Shown here one piece after another: positions 9,465-18,799 of a stretch of 64,000 bases of DNA (the first letter of the stretch is position 1; each line of letters begins with the position of its first letter). Below the pieces are notes generated by a model. It saw only the letters and a program-made list of their open reading frames with translations, was not told the origin of the DNA and searched no databases. The stretch covers positions 136,496-200,495 of the forward strand of contig CAZUNO010000001.1 in NCBI GenBank assembly GCA_964621445.1, read 5' to 3'. The stretch is from Candidatus Hadarchaeota archaeon. Lineage in GTDB: Archaea > CAYQAE01 > CAYVLA01. A program made the translations under genes and the position numbers.

Positions 9465-10202
9465 TTGGAGTTGTCATTTATGCCACAACAAGGAGCAATG
9501 GGTTATGATCGTGCTATCACCGTTTTCAGCCCCGACGGGAAACTGTATCAGGTCGAGTACGCTGAAAGGGCCATCGAGAAAGGAGCAACCGCTGTAGCAG
9601 TGAAATGTTCGGAGGGAATAGTCTTTCTGGTTGAGAAAAGGTTTGCTAGCCCGCTGATTGAACCCAGAAGTTACGAGAAGATCTTCAAGATAGACGATCA
9701 CATAGGAACGGCAACCTCCGGCCTAATCGGGGATGCAAGGGTTCTTGTGGACAAGGCCCGTCTGGATTCTCAGATATACAGGCTGACATACAGCGAGACT
9801 ATAGGTGTAGAGGAGCTTGCCAAAAAGGTCGGTGACCACAAGCAGATGTACACCCAATACGGGGGTATCAGGCCTTTCGGAGCTTCCCTACTAATAGCAG
9901 GAATCGACGATGTCGGTGCTCAGGTATTTGTAACCCATCCCAGCGGTGCACTTTACGAATACAAGGCGAAGGCCATCGGTCAGAATAACAAGGAAGTCAA
10001 CGATGTTCTGGAGAAGAATTACGATGAGGTAGAGACCCTTAGGGATGCCATCAACCTCTCACTGGAGTCAATTGCGGAATCCATGGAAGAGCCGGTGACC
10101 AAGGAGAATGTTGAGATGGCGCTCATCAAGTCGGAGACCAGGGAATTCGAGAAGGTCTCGGACGAGTTGATCGAGGAGTTTATAGAAGAGCAGAAGGAAT
10201 GA
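9465..10202 (+). CDS. psmA: 20S proteasome alpha subunit
   Basis: GYDRAITVFSPDGKLYQVEYA, EKIFKIDDHIG and RPFGASLL. The start is TTG 9465 or ATG 9480. Confidence 0.97.
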   Translation: MELSFMPQQGAMGYDRAITVFSPDGKLYQVEYAERAIEKGATAVAVKCSEGIVFLVEKRFASPLIEPRSYEKIFKIDDHIGTATSGLIGDARVLVDKARLDSQIYRLTYSETIGVEELAKKVGDHKQMYTQYGGIRPFGASLLIAGIDDVGAQVFVTHPSGALYEYKAKAIGQNNKEVNDVLEKNYDEVETLRDAINLSLESIAESMEEPVTKENVEMALIKSETREFEKVSDELIEEFIEEQKE

Positions 10203-10217
10203 GTGTCCATCCGGATA

Positions 10218-10784
10218 TTAGCTCCTTTCCCCTTCCGATAATTTCGGTGGTTGACCCCTTTCGTCGAGCTCCAGGTTCTTATTCCTGTTAGAGGGTATTA
10301 TTCTTCGTTTTGCACCAGGGAACTCGAGATCCAGCTCCCTTCCCTGAAAAAGATGGTCGAGGAAGATCGCAAGACTTGATATCTCGGAATGAGGCTGGTT
10401 GGTGATCGAGATATTGTAGTCCACCATTCCATATACCTTTCCAGGAACCTTGCTACCGCCCACCAGAACCAGTAGATCTTCATTTTTTGCTCTGGACCTA
10501 ACCTTACCAATAACATCCCCCAGGGGGAGTCCGTACATTGTGAGATGTACTTTGGACCCCTCAAATGTGTTGATGACGTTTGTCCATTCGCGGCAATAGG
10601 TCACCTGGAAATCTCCTCCCCAGTTGTCGACGACATCATTCAGGGTGTCGATGATATTCTGGTCTCTGTCACCGCTAAATATCATCTCACTGGATCCCAG
10701 CGCTCTTGCGGTAAGGCCAACATGGGTGGTGGTTCTCTTGTCCCTTGTTTTACGGTGACCCAATCTTAGAACATGAACCTTCAT
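10218..10784 (-). CDS. trm56: tRNA (cytidine56-2'-O)-methyltransferase aTrm56
   Basis: VLRLGHRKTRDKRTTTHVGLTARALG, VHLTMYG and TNQPHSE. Confidence 0.95.
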   Translation of the reverse strand: MKVHVLRLGHRKTRDKRTTTHVGLTARALGSSEMIFSGDRDQNIIDTLNDVVDNWGGDFQVTYCREWTNVINTFEGSKVHLTMYGLPLGDVIGKVRSRAKNEDLLVLVGGSKVPGKVYGMVDYNISITNQPHSEISSLAIFLDHLFQGRELDLEFPGAKRRIIPSNRNKNLELDERGQPPKLSEGERS

Positions 10785-10925
10785 ATCGCGAAACCTACAA
10801 CATTAGGCCTTTTATGTCCAAAAGAAGGCCTGAGAATTGTTATTTAGACCTAAAAAGGTTAATTGGCAACATTTAAATATTTTTGACTTTAATAAGACAG
10901 CACGAAGTTATCGAGGCCCCACGTT

Positions 10926-11429
10926 TTGGAAAAGGACCTACGGGAATACATAGGGACCAATTTGGGCGATGAAGTTCTTACCGTTGCGGAAACGATTTCA
11001 TCTAGGGAGCTAACTGACGAGGAGATATCCAAGATAACCGGTATCAGGGTCAATGACATAAGAAGCGCTCTATATCAGCTTTATGACAAGCGTCTGGCCT
11101 TTTATCGCAGGTCGAGGGATCCGGATACTGGTTGGTATGTCTACCACTGGCGTATGGACCCTGAGGGACGGGAAAGGGTCTTGGATGGAGTAAAGGAGAA
11201 GGACCTTGAGACCCTTCAGGAAAGGATTGAATACGAGCAGGAAAATATCTTCTTTGTATGCAGGACCGGGAACTGCTCTCGTTTCACCTTCGATATAGCG
11301 GCCGATAATGGATTCAAATGTCCTAACTGCGGGTCGATGTTAGAACACCACGATAATTCGAATATTATCGCTAATTTAGAATCCAAGATAGAGGAACTGG
11401 AAGGTCAGCTTAGCGGAGATCTGGAATGA
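10926..11429 (+). CDS. tfe: Transcription factor E (TFE alpha)
   Basis: wHTH with TDEEI...RSALYQLY...GWYVYHW and a zinc ribbon C-x4-C...FKCPNCG. Confidence 0.93.
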   Translation: MEKDLREYIGTNLGDEVLTVAETISSRELTDEEISKITGIRVNDIRSALYQLYDKRLAFYRRSRDPDTGWYVYHWRMDPEGRERVLDGVKEKDLETLQERIEYEQENIFFVCRTGNCSRFTFDIAADNGFKCPNCGSMLEHHDNSNIIANLESKIEELEGQLSGDLE

Positions 11430-11995
11430 GACCGTCGAGAGAGGAGGTTCTAGGTCTTCTGAGGAAAGTAGGAGTTCCACCGCAGGTGATATCACATAGT
11501 TTAAAGGTGGAGAATGTCGCTCTACGGATAGCGGAAAAAATATCCAATAGAGGGCATCAGGTAGATGCTGGCCTGGTGTCTCTTGGGTCTCTAATGCATG
11601 ATATAGGGAGGAGCGTTACTCACGATATGGGCCATGGAATTATGGGGGGGAAGATAATCAGGAAGCGTGATATCTTTGAATCCATATTGGACCCTAGCGA
11701 TAGGGAGAAATTGGCAAGGATTTGTGAGAGGCATATCGGAGCCGGGATAACTGAAAGGGAAGCTAGAAGGAATGGTCTACCGGATGGCGATTATGTTCCC
11801 CAGACCATGGAGGAGAAGATACTGGCCCATGCGGACAACCTTGTCTGGAATGGCATCCTGAGCATTGAGGAGAGCCGCGCTGCCTTCCGTAAGAAATTTG
11901 GGGAGGAAAGTCCAATAGTTAGACGTATAGAAAAGCTGGGTAATGAAATAACTAAGCTCATGAGGCAGGAAATTGAGGAAGATAACCATACTTGA
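11426..11995 (+). CDS. HD (HDIG) domain protein, TIGR00295-like
   Basis: HS...LMHDIGR...HG...ERHIGAG...EEKILAHADNL; typical neighbour of tfe. Confidence 0.88.
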   Translation: MRPSREEVLGLLRKVGVPPQVISHSLKVENVALRIAEKISNRGHQVDAGLVSLGSLMHDIGRSVTHDMGHGIMGGKIIRKRDIFESILDPSDREKLARICERHIGAGITEREARRNGLPDGDYVPQTMEEKILAHADNLVWNGILSIEESRAAFRKKFGEESPIVRRIEKLGNEITKLMRQEIEEDNHT

Positions 11996-12704
11996 AAAGA
12001 TCTACCGGAATAGACGGGTGGCCGAGAAAGCCCTTCGAGCCATGCTTAAGAAGGCCTTGAAGATTGAGGTGGAGATAGGTTCGTTTACCAGGACGCAACG
12101 AAATTGGGTTACGGTTGCCCTGAGGGGTAAGGATGAAGTAATTGCACAGAGATATCTGGAAAACCTTTGGGGTAGGGTTTGTGATATAGGGGAATTGGAG
12201 GAGAACCAGCTAAGAAGGGGTAAGATAGTCGATCTGGGAAAGGTTGGCTATGGTATATACGTGGATATCGGGGTGGTAAACGTGGAAGGGGAGCCCATAG
12301 ATGCCCTTATTCCCGTACACAGACTGAGAAAGCAACTAGGAGTGAAGGGGAACTTGTCGGTTAATCAGATTGCAAAGTACCTTGGTTTGATGGATAACTT
12401 ACCTCTGGGTATAAGAATCACGGGTATCAACATGATGAATGGAGAGATCGAGGGAAAGCTCACCAACTCTCAGGCACGCGAGATAGGGCGGGGAAAACAT
12501 CGATTTTATGTTTGCGGTGAGACGAGAAGAAAGATTAAAAACGCGATTGATAGAACCGGGAATTCCGGCAATATAGTGAGGATTAGGAGACTGGGACTTC
12601 TGGAGAATGAGGTCCAATGCCCCAAACAGGTGGACCCTCACGATATCATCCGCGACATAGGTCCGGTGGTCAACGCCGATATGGCCGTGTGTAGGGGCCT
12701 GTAG
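11973..12704 (+). CDS. DUF2110 family protein
   Basis: GKVGYGIYVDIG, DALIP and RLGLLE motifs; conserved tfe neighbourhood. Confidence 0.85.
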   Translation: MRKITILEKIYRNRRVAEKALRAMLKKALKIEVEIGSFTRTQRNWVTVALRGKDEVIAQRYLENLWGRVCDIGELEENQLRRGKIVDLGKVGYGIYVDIGVVNVEGEPIDALIPVHRLRKQLGVKGNLSVNQIAKYLGLMDNLPLGIRITGINMMNGEIEGKLTNSQAREIGRGKHRFYVCGETRRKIKNAIDRTGNSGNIVRIRRLGLLENEVQCPKQVDPHDIIRDIGPVVNADMAVCRGL

Positions 12705-12784
12705 TGTAGCCTGGATTGGGTCCTCGCCAGACAGCACAGCACCCTGCGGAGGTGCATACCCGGGTTCAAATCCCGGCAGGCCCA
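12695..12784 (+). tRNA. tRNA-Arg(GCG) with a 16-nt non-canonical intron (12717-12732) in the D-loop at position 20a/21
   Basis: Acceptor stem GGGCCTG/CAGGCCC plus A73; anticodon arm GCACC-CTGCGGA-GGTGC; T arm CCGGG-TTCAAAT-CCCGG. Removing TGGGTCCTCGCCAGAC restores the D arm GTGT-AGCCTGGATA-GCAC with A20 and gives a 74-nt tRNA. CCA is not encoded. Confidence 0.9.
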
Positions 12785-12883
12785 CTTAACTACCTCAATC
12801 ATTCAACGGGATCGATGCCGCGATCAGGCAAGATTTCTAAATATCTCAATTGTTTAGCCTTTCGGAGGAGGCCTGAAGATCAT

Positions 12884-13342
12884 TTGCCTAAGAAATCCGA
12901 AGACCGGTCCATACTAAACGCCTTGGTACGCAATCCCCTCATAAGAATCTCGAATTACTTCATTACCCCACAGTTCCCTGGAGGCGGCATTACAACTGGA
13001 CAAGCCAGAGCTACCGTTTTATTCCTTACCATTACCTGTGGTTTTTTCCTTGTCGTAGGTTGGTTGAGGCTGGAAATTGCGGGTGTTCTTGTCACGCTAT
13101 TAATCGTTGGCTATTGGGGAACTTTTGGACGCATGGAACTGCAGCGACGGGAGGAAAGCAGGAGAGAGGATCCACTGGATGTCAAGTTCAAGGGTGAGAT
13201 AGTGGATTGGAGGGAACTTCCTGAGAGCGAGCAGGCCAAACGTCTTGTTGTCGGGGGAATTACTGTAAGTTCTATTTTGGTGGCCGGTGTCTATATACTG
13301 ATCATGGTTCTAAATTCCCTTGGCTCATCAGGAGGGGTTTAG
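12884..13342 (+). CDS. Hypothetical membrane protein (about 3 TM)
   Basis: Three hydrophobic segments. The start is inferred at TTG 12884 after GGAGGAGG and an AT-rich box at about 12836-12845; the ORF-track start lies inside the tRNA. Confidence 0.55.
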   Translation: MPKKSEDRSILNALVRNPLIRISNYFITPQFPGGGITTGQARATVLFLTITCGFFLVVGWLRLEIAGVLVTLLIVGYWGTFGRMELQRREESRREDPLDVKFKGEIVDWRELPESEQAKRLVVGGITVSSILVAGVYILIMVLNSLGSSGGV

Positions 13343-13358
13343 GCTTTACGGGGGAATT

Positions 13359-14000
13359 TTATTTGAATACCATGCCCGTTTTAGCGCTCCACATTAGGAG
13401 GTCCAGACCATCAGGGGGAATACCAAGCCTCTCAGCATAGGAGAGGAACAGTTTTTCGATTTTCAGATATCTACTCCTAGAAAGGGACGTAGGGACGCAT
13501 TCGATTACTTCCGCCTGGCAAAGGGTTCTAAGGACGTGTCTATCCAGGATGGCCAGGCCTCGATATCCGATATTTCTTAGGAAATGGCTGGCTTCCTTGT
13601 ATCCCAGTCCCTTTATATTCTGGATGACCCTCTCCCGGGCTTGGTAGGGGTCCGATACCAGTAATTGCGAGTATTTTATTTTGGGGTGAGAAAAAAGATT
13701 GAGTCTGGCTTCCAGGATATAACTTGCCTTGTTGTTGGCGTATAGAATTCCACATCCGTTTAGGATGTTGGCTATTTGGCCTTCAGTTCCATCTAAAAGT
13801 AAGCAGGTCCTGGCTAGGTGTCGGATCGCCCTATCGGCTCTCAGGGCTGAGCTCTGAGGGGTAAGTAGGCAGAAACACATCTCCTGGAAAACCTTCTTCT
13901 CATCGTCCAGATCGATACTGGCGAACTCCTCCAGCCTTTTCTCTATCTCGGATTTTTTGTCCTTCCACCTGGATATAAGCTCGAGGTCGGTCTCCTTCAT
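13359..14000 (-). CDS. ogg: 8-oxoguanine DNA glycosylase/AP lyase (Ogg2 type)
   Basis: CFCLLTPQSSA, HhH motif KGLGYKEASHFLRNIG, ILDRH and a C-terminal Lys; ATG at 14000. Confidence 0.92.
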   Translation of the reverse strand: MKETDLELISRWKDKKSEIEKRLEEFASIDLDDEKKVFQEMCFCLLTPQSSALRADRAIRHLARTCLLLDGTEGQIANILNGCGILYANNKASYILEARLNLFSHPKIKYSQLLVSDPYQARERVIQNIKGLGYKEASHFLRNIGYRGLAILDRHVLRTLCQAEVIECVPTSLSRSRYLKIEKLFLSYAERLGIPPDGLDLLMWSAKTGMVFK

Positions 14001-14010
14001 GTTCCCACCG

Positions 14011-14610
14011 CTAGGTCCATAGCTCCCGGGGCAAATGAGATACATCATTGCTCCTATAGAGCTTGGCCCGACCTGGTTTGAGAACGATGGTGGATATGCA
14101 GCAATTATGCTGACTGAACCTTGTGTACCCGCACGGGGGGGCGCCAAGCATGTTGCTCATAAGAACCGCCCCAAAGGTGCCGTGGCTCACGGCCACTATT
14201 TCCTTTTCGGAGTCATCACCCATGGATCGTATTTTGTTTTCAATTCTTCGGGCACGTTGGTATAGGTCCTGTTCCTTCTCGGCTCCGGGCCACCATCTAT
14301 CATAAATATTCATCTTGTGGTTTGGGAATTCGGCCCTTATCTCGGTTGCGGTGGTTGCCTCTGAGCCGTCCCAGCTTTCCATGAGATCCACTAATACCTC
14401 TGGCACGTTTCCCGTTTCGTCGGAAATTATCTCGGCTGTTTTTAGAGAACGCCTGAGAGGACTGCAAAATACCGAAAATATCCCATTCTTAGACAGCTTT
14501 TTGGCGGTTAAGATTGCCTGCTGTTTTCCCGTATCAGTCAATCCGGGATCCGGAATCATCTTTCCCAGGTTCCCTTCGGATTGGCCGTGCCTCACTAGAT
14601 AGAGCTTCAA
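14011..14610 (-). CDS. Histidine phosphatase (phosphoglycerate mutase family)
   Basis: LYLVRHGQS, SPLRRS and VSHG; probable TTG start at 14610. Confidence 0.88.
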   Translation of the reverse strand: MKLYLVRHGQSEGNLGKMIPDPGLTDTGKQQAILTAKKLSKNGIFSVFCSPLRRSLKTAEIISDETGNVPEVLVDLMESWDGSEATTATEIRAEFPNHKMNIYDRWWPGAEKEQDLYQRARRIENKIRSMGDDSEKEIVAVSHGTFGAVLMSNMLGAPPCGYTRFSQHNCCISTIVLKPGRAKLYRSNDVSHLPRELWT

Positions 14611-14744
14611 GATTAGTACCGGCACCACTTGGCCGGGTAATGATCTGATAAATGTGACGAAAGGAGGTCGAACGACCAAATTGGTGCAAAGCACAAATAT
14701 ATTGATCAGCTGAATTATGCTTCCAGTTCCAGGAGAGAGGTTAA

Positions 14745-15974
14745 GTGAGCTCAAGATTACCGATGACTATAATCAAGGCGCATGAGAATTGGAGAATTAG
14801 CTGTGTAAACCTGATACCTTCGGAAAACATCATGAGTCCTGCAGCTCGAGGCCTGCTCTCGTGTGATATGGGTCATAGGTACACCCTTCCCGGAATAAGG
14901 GAAATGGATGGGAGGTTGGTGGAAAATGCCTACCGTGGGACCCGGTTTATGGATGAGGTTGAGGAACTAGCCAGGGAATTGGCGAACCGCGTCTTTGGGT
15001 CCAGATACTCCTGCGTGCGTCCGATATCAGGGCACATATCCTGCATGATAGCTCTCGCCGCGCTTTGTGAAAGTGGAGATTCCATAATGTCGGTCGAATT
15101 CAGCGGAGGTGGATATCCAGGATATGCCGAGGAGGAGATGGCCGGCCTCCTAGGTCTTAGGAGCTTTGCACTTCCCTTTGATCATCTCCAGGGAGATCTA
15201 GCATATCCGGATGTCGTGGAGGAAATTGGGAAAAGGGAACCCGATGTGGTCATTATGGGGGCTTCAAAGATGCTCTTTCCTCCCCGCATAGAGAAGGTAA
15301 AGGAGGTTTGCGAATCGGTTGATGCAAGGATCATGTACGATGGTTCTCATGTCCTGGGTCTATTGGCCGGTGGAGTTTTCGGAGAGCCTCTCGATGAGGG
15401 GGCTGACCTAATCGCCGGCAGCACTCACAAGACACTTTTCGGCCCCCAGGGGGGAATCATCCTTACCGAGGACAGAGAGGTATTTGACCGGGTGGAATCA
15501 AGTCTTCACTGGAAGACTATAGATAACGCACATTGGAACAGAATAGCATCCCTTGCCCAGGCGCTTCTGGAGATAAAGAAATTCGGGAAGGACTATGCCG
15601 GACAGCTTGTACTGAATGCAAAGCATCTCGCCCGAACCCTCGATTCTCAAGGATTCCCGGTCCAGTACGCCCATCGAGACTACACCGAATCCCATCAGGT
15701 TGGTCTCGATGGAGGGAAAATTGCGGACAAATTCGGATATGGGAGCTTTGAGGAGGTTGCTAGGAAGCTGGAAAAGGCGGATATAATAATTGACTGTGTT
15801 GGCCGCTTGGGCACTAGCGAATGCACGAGACTGGGTATGAAGGAGAGGGAAATGGAGGTTATCGCCGAACTGATTTCCAGGGTCATAGTGGATGGCGAGG
15901 ATACCGAGAAGGTTGCGGAGGATGTCCACAGGTTAAGGGCCGATTTCCAGTTCCCGGCCTTTTGTGAACTCTAG
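14745..15974 (+). CDS. glyA: Serine hydroxymethyltransferase (archaeal type)
   Basis: NLIPSEN, YDGSHVLGL, PLP Lys in GSTHKTLFGPQGG, and RLGTSE.TRLGM. Confidence 0.92.
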   Translation: MSSRLPMTIIKAHENWRISCVNLIPSENIMSPAARGLLSCDMGHRYTLPGIREMDGRLVENAYRGTRFMDEVEELARELANRVFGSRYSCVRPISGHISCMIALAALCESGDSIMSVEFSGGGYPGYAEEEMAGLLGLRSFALPFDHLQGDLAYPDVVEEIGKREPDVVIMGASKMLFPPRIEKVKEVCESVDARIMYDGSHVLGLLAGGVFGEPLDEGADLIAGSTHKTLFGPQGGIILTEDREVFDRVESSLHWKTIDNAHWNRIASLAQALLEIKKFGKDYAGQLVLNAKHLARTLDSQGFPVQYAHRDYTESHQVGLDGGKIADKFGYGSFEEVARKLEKADIIIDCVGRLGTSECTRLGMKEREMEVIAELISRVIVDGEDTEKVAEDVHRLRADFQFPAFCEL

Positions 15975-17338
15975 GACATGCGGTCTCCAGGTAGACCTCT
16001 CACCATCTTTCTCATGGCCCGCCCCCTGAAGCGCCTGTTCTTTCCCATACTCTTCATCATCTTCTTCATCATATCGTATTGCTTCAGGAGTTCACGGACC
16101 TCCTGCTCGGTGCACCCGGATCCCATGGCTATTCTAGATATCCGGCTGCTGTTTATCCTCTTGGGCTTGGTTAGCTCCTCGCGATTCATTGAATTCATGA
16201 TGACCTTGAATGTCTGGAGTTTTTCCTGTCCCATTTCCAGGGCCTCGTCGGGCAGTTCGAATCCCATGCCGGGGATCATCCTGATGACCTTGCTCAAGGG
16301 CCCCATGTTGGAGAGCATATCCATCTGCTTGGCCATATCTTCAAGGGTAAATTTACCCTCCAGGAACTTGTACATCGATTCCTCGGTTAGCTCTTCTTGC
16401 TTGGTGGCCTCCTCGAATTTTTCGATAAGGGTCGAGATATCGCCCATGCCCAGCAGTCGCCCGACGAATCGTGGGGGATTGAAGGGTTCAATGTCCTCTA
16501 TCGTTTCCCCCGTTCCCAGAAATTTGATGGGGGCTCCCGTCTCGGCACAGGCGGAAAGCGCACCGCCACCTTTGGCACTTCCATCAAGCTTGGTTACCAA
16601 AATTGATCCGATATCGGTTGCCTCTTTGAAGGCGCTAGCCTGGGCCTTTGCCTGCTGGCCCAGCGTGGCGTCGATCACCAGAATTATTTCCTCCGGCTTG
16701 ACCTGGCCCGCGATATGCTGCATCTCATCGATGAGACCCTTTTCCTCCTTGTGCCTCCCTGCCGTGTCGACCAGGACAAGGTCATAACCCTTTTCGGAGA
16801 AGAGGTCTACTCCTTTTTCCGCCAATTCAACCGCATCGTCCACGTCTGAATCGCCGTAAACCGGTATGCCAAGGTCCTCAGCAAGCATCTCCAGCTGTTC
16901 CAGGGCGGCCGGTCTCCAGGTATCAGAGCAGACTATGGCCGTTTTTCGTCCTCTTTTTTGGAAGTACCGGGCAAGTTTTACCGTGGAGGTCGTCTTTCCG
17001 GACCCCTGTATTCCCACCAGCATGACCGTAGTAGTCTCTCCCTCCGGGGCAAAGTCAATTCCCATGGCTTCCCGGCCCAGGAAATCTGCCAGTTCCTCAT
17101 ATACGATGTTGACAACGTGGTGTCTCCTGGATATGCCGGAGGGCGGCTCCTCGTTCAAAGCCCGTTCTTCTATCTTCTTGGTTAGCCTACCAACCAGCTT
17201 GACATTGACATCTGCTAGCAGTAACGCCCTCTGAATGTCCTTTTTCAGTTGTCCAACGGCCTCGGAATCTATGGTTCGTGATCCAGTTAGCCTGGTGAGA
17301 GCCTTGTGAAGTGATTTACCTAGGTTATCGAGGACCAT
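15971..17338 (-). CDS. srp54: Signal recognition particle protein SRP54
   Basis: GIQGSGKTT, DTAGRH, TKLDGSAKGGG and a Met-rich M domain. Confidence 0.97.
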   Translation of the reverse strand: MVLDNLGKSLHKALTRLTGSRTIDSEAVGQLKKDIQRALLLADVNVKLVGRLTKKIEERALNEEPPSGISRRHHVVNIVYEELADFLGREAMGIDFAPEGETTTVMLVGIQGSGKTTSTVKLARYFQKRGRKTAIVCSDTWRPAALEQLEMLAEDLGIPVYGDSDVDDAVELAEKGVDLFSEKGYDLVLVDTAGRHKEEKGLIDEMQHIAGQVKPEEIILVIDATLGQQAKAQASAFKEATDIGSILVTKLDGSAKGGGALSACAETGAPIKFLGTGETIEDIEPFNPPRFVGRLLGMGDISTLIEKFEEATKQEELTEESMYKFLEGKFTLEDMAKQMDMLSNMGPLSKVIRMIPGMGFELPDEALEMGQEKLQTFKVIMNSMNREELTKPKRINSSRISRIAMGSGCTEQEVRELLKQYDMMKKMMKSMGKNRRFRGRAMRKMVRGLPGDRMS

Positions 17339-17428
17339 TTAACTACCTCAATATCTCTAATATTCCGCTTCTGAAAACTATTGTCTCGCTGTAGGTTTTA
17401 TTGCGAAATCTCCCCACCCTTACATTGG

Positions 17429-18343
17429 TCATTTCCCAAAAATCAGGTCCACGAACCAGTCGGCCGAGAATTTCTGGAGGTCATCATAATCCTGGCCGGT
17501 CCCCACGAATAGAATGGGCTTGTTGGTTGTATGCGCCACGGACACCGCTGCCCCTCCCTTTGCGTCGGCATCTGCCTTGGTCAGGATAACGCCATCGATT
17601 TCACAAGCGGCATCGAATTCCTCGACCTGTTTAACGATGTCGTTACCGGCCAGGGCATCCCCAACGAAAAGGACCGCGTTGGGGTCGTTTACCCGGACGA
17701 TCTTTCTCATTTCATCCATGAGGTTCACATTTGTGTGCATCCGTCCCGCAGTATCTGCTAGTATGACATCGACGCCTTGGGCCTTGGCGTGCTGCTTTGC
17801 ATCATACACAACCGCAGCGCTGTCGGAACCCCGGGCGTGCTTGATCATATTCACCCCCAGCTTGTCGGCATGAAATTCCAGCTGCTCAATCGCAGCGGCT
17901 CTATAGGTATCGCTAGCGGCGATTACACAGGAGAAACCCTTCTCTATCATCATGTGAGCAACCTTGGCTATAGTGGTGGTCTTCCCGGTTCCGTTATAGC
18001 CAATGAAAAGTATGAGATAAGGGCGGCCCTCCTGCCTCGCTTTGCGTATCTCGTCCATCAACTGGGGCCTGTCCGCACTAAGTACGTCTCGTATGGCAGC
18101 TACGATTGATTCACGTGCGATATTTGTTACGTTATCGGTGATGCCGAAATCCTGAGAGGTCAGGGATGCACGGGTATCCTCAATTATGGTCTCCGTTACT
18201 TCCAGAGCCACATCGCTTTCAAGTAGCCCCATTTCCAGGGCCTCGAGGATATCCTGAATATCGTCCTCGCTTAGGGATCTACGTGCTATCTGCTTTGAAA
18301 ATCTGGATACCTTTGTCCTGAGATTATCGAACAACCCTACCAC
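17429..18343 (-). CDS. ftsY: SRP receptor FtsY
   Basis: GYNGTGKTTT, DTYRAAA, DTAGR, TKADADAKGG and GTGQDYDDL. Confidence 0.96.
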   Translation of the reverse strand: MVGLFDNLRTKVSRFSKQIARRSLSEDDIQDILEALEMGLLESDVALEVTETIIEDTRASLTSQDFGITDNVTNIARESIVAAIRDVLSADRPQLMDEIRKARQEGRPYLILFIGYNGTGKTTTIAKVAHMMIEKGFSCVIAASDTYRAAAIEQLEFHADKLGVNMIKHARGSDSAAVVYDAKQHAKAQGVDVILADTAGRMHTNVNLMDEMRKIVRVNDPNAVLFVGDALAGNDIVKQVEEFDAACEIDGVILTKADADAKGGAAVSVAHTTNKPILFVGTGQDYDDLQKFSADWFVDLIFGK

Positions 18344-18358
18344 CAGTGACCTTTGCCC

Positions 18359-18799
18359 CTACTCTTCCTGTTGCTGGGAGAGTTCCCTGTATATCTCCTG
18401 CCATTTGGAGGTGAGGTCCTCGAGGCGTTGGCTTAGCTCCTCTAAATTCTCCCGGGTCTTATTGGATGCCTCTTCCGTTCTCTGTACCCTCTTGTCCACG
18501 ATGGCCTTGGCCTGATCTATGCGTCTCTCAATTGAAAAGTCCGAACCAACACCAATTATTACCTTATCATTTTGTTTTAGGGAGGCTCTTACATAGGAGC
18601 CGGATCCCATAGGTACAAGCATCTCCTTCCCCGGCTCGGTTTTCTTGAGCTCCTCTAGACTTTCCACGGTCTGATTCATCTCATCAATAGAGGTCTGTAG
18701 CAATTCCAGGTTACGGTTATGGACATCTATCTGGTTTCGAAGTACCTCGACTTCAGACGAGATACGTTGAAGCTCTCCTTGTTTATCCTCCATTTTCAT
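18359..18799 (-). CDS. pfdA: Prefoldin alpha subunit
   Basis: Coiled coils flanking LVPMGSGSYV...VIIGVGSD; conserved operon position. Confidence 0.93.
   Translation of the reverse strand: MKMEDKQGELQRISSEVEVLRNQIDVHNRNLELLQTSIDEMNQTVESLEELKKTEPGKEMLVPMGSGSYVRASLKQNDKVIIGVGSDFSIERRIDQAKAIVDKRVQRTEEASNKTRENLEELSQRLEDLTSKWQEIYRELSQQQEE

Noticed and set aside
12785-13358. tRNA 3' end as an integration site for a mobile element
   Set aside because: I saw no integrase and no duplicated tRNA 3' fragment; housekeeping genes resume immediately.
15971-18343. ftsY directly followed by srp54
   Set aside because: This linkage is already known in several euryarchaeal groups, and the 90-bp gap is too short for SRP RNA.
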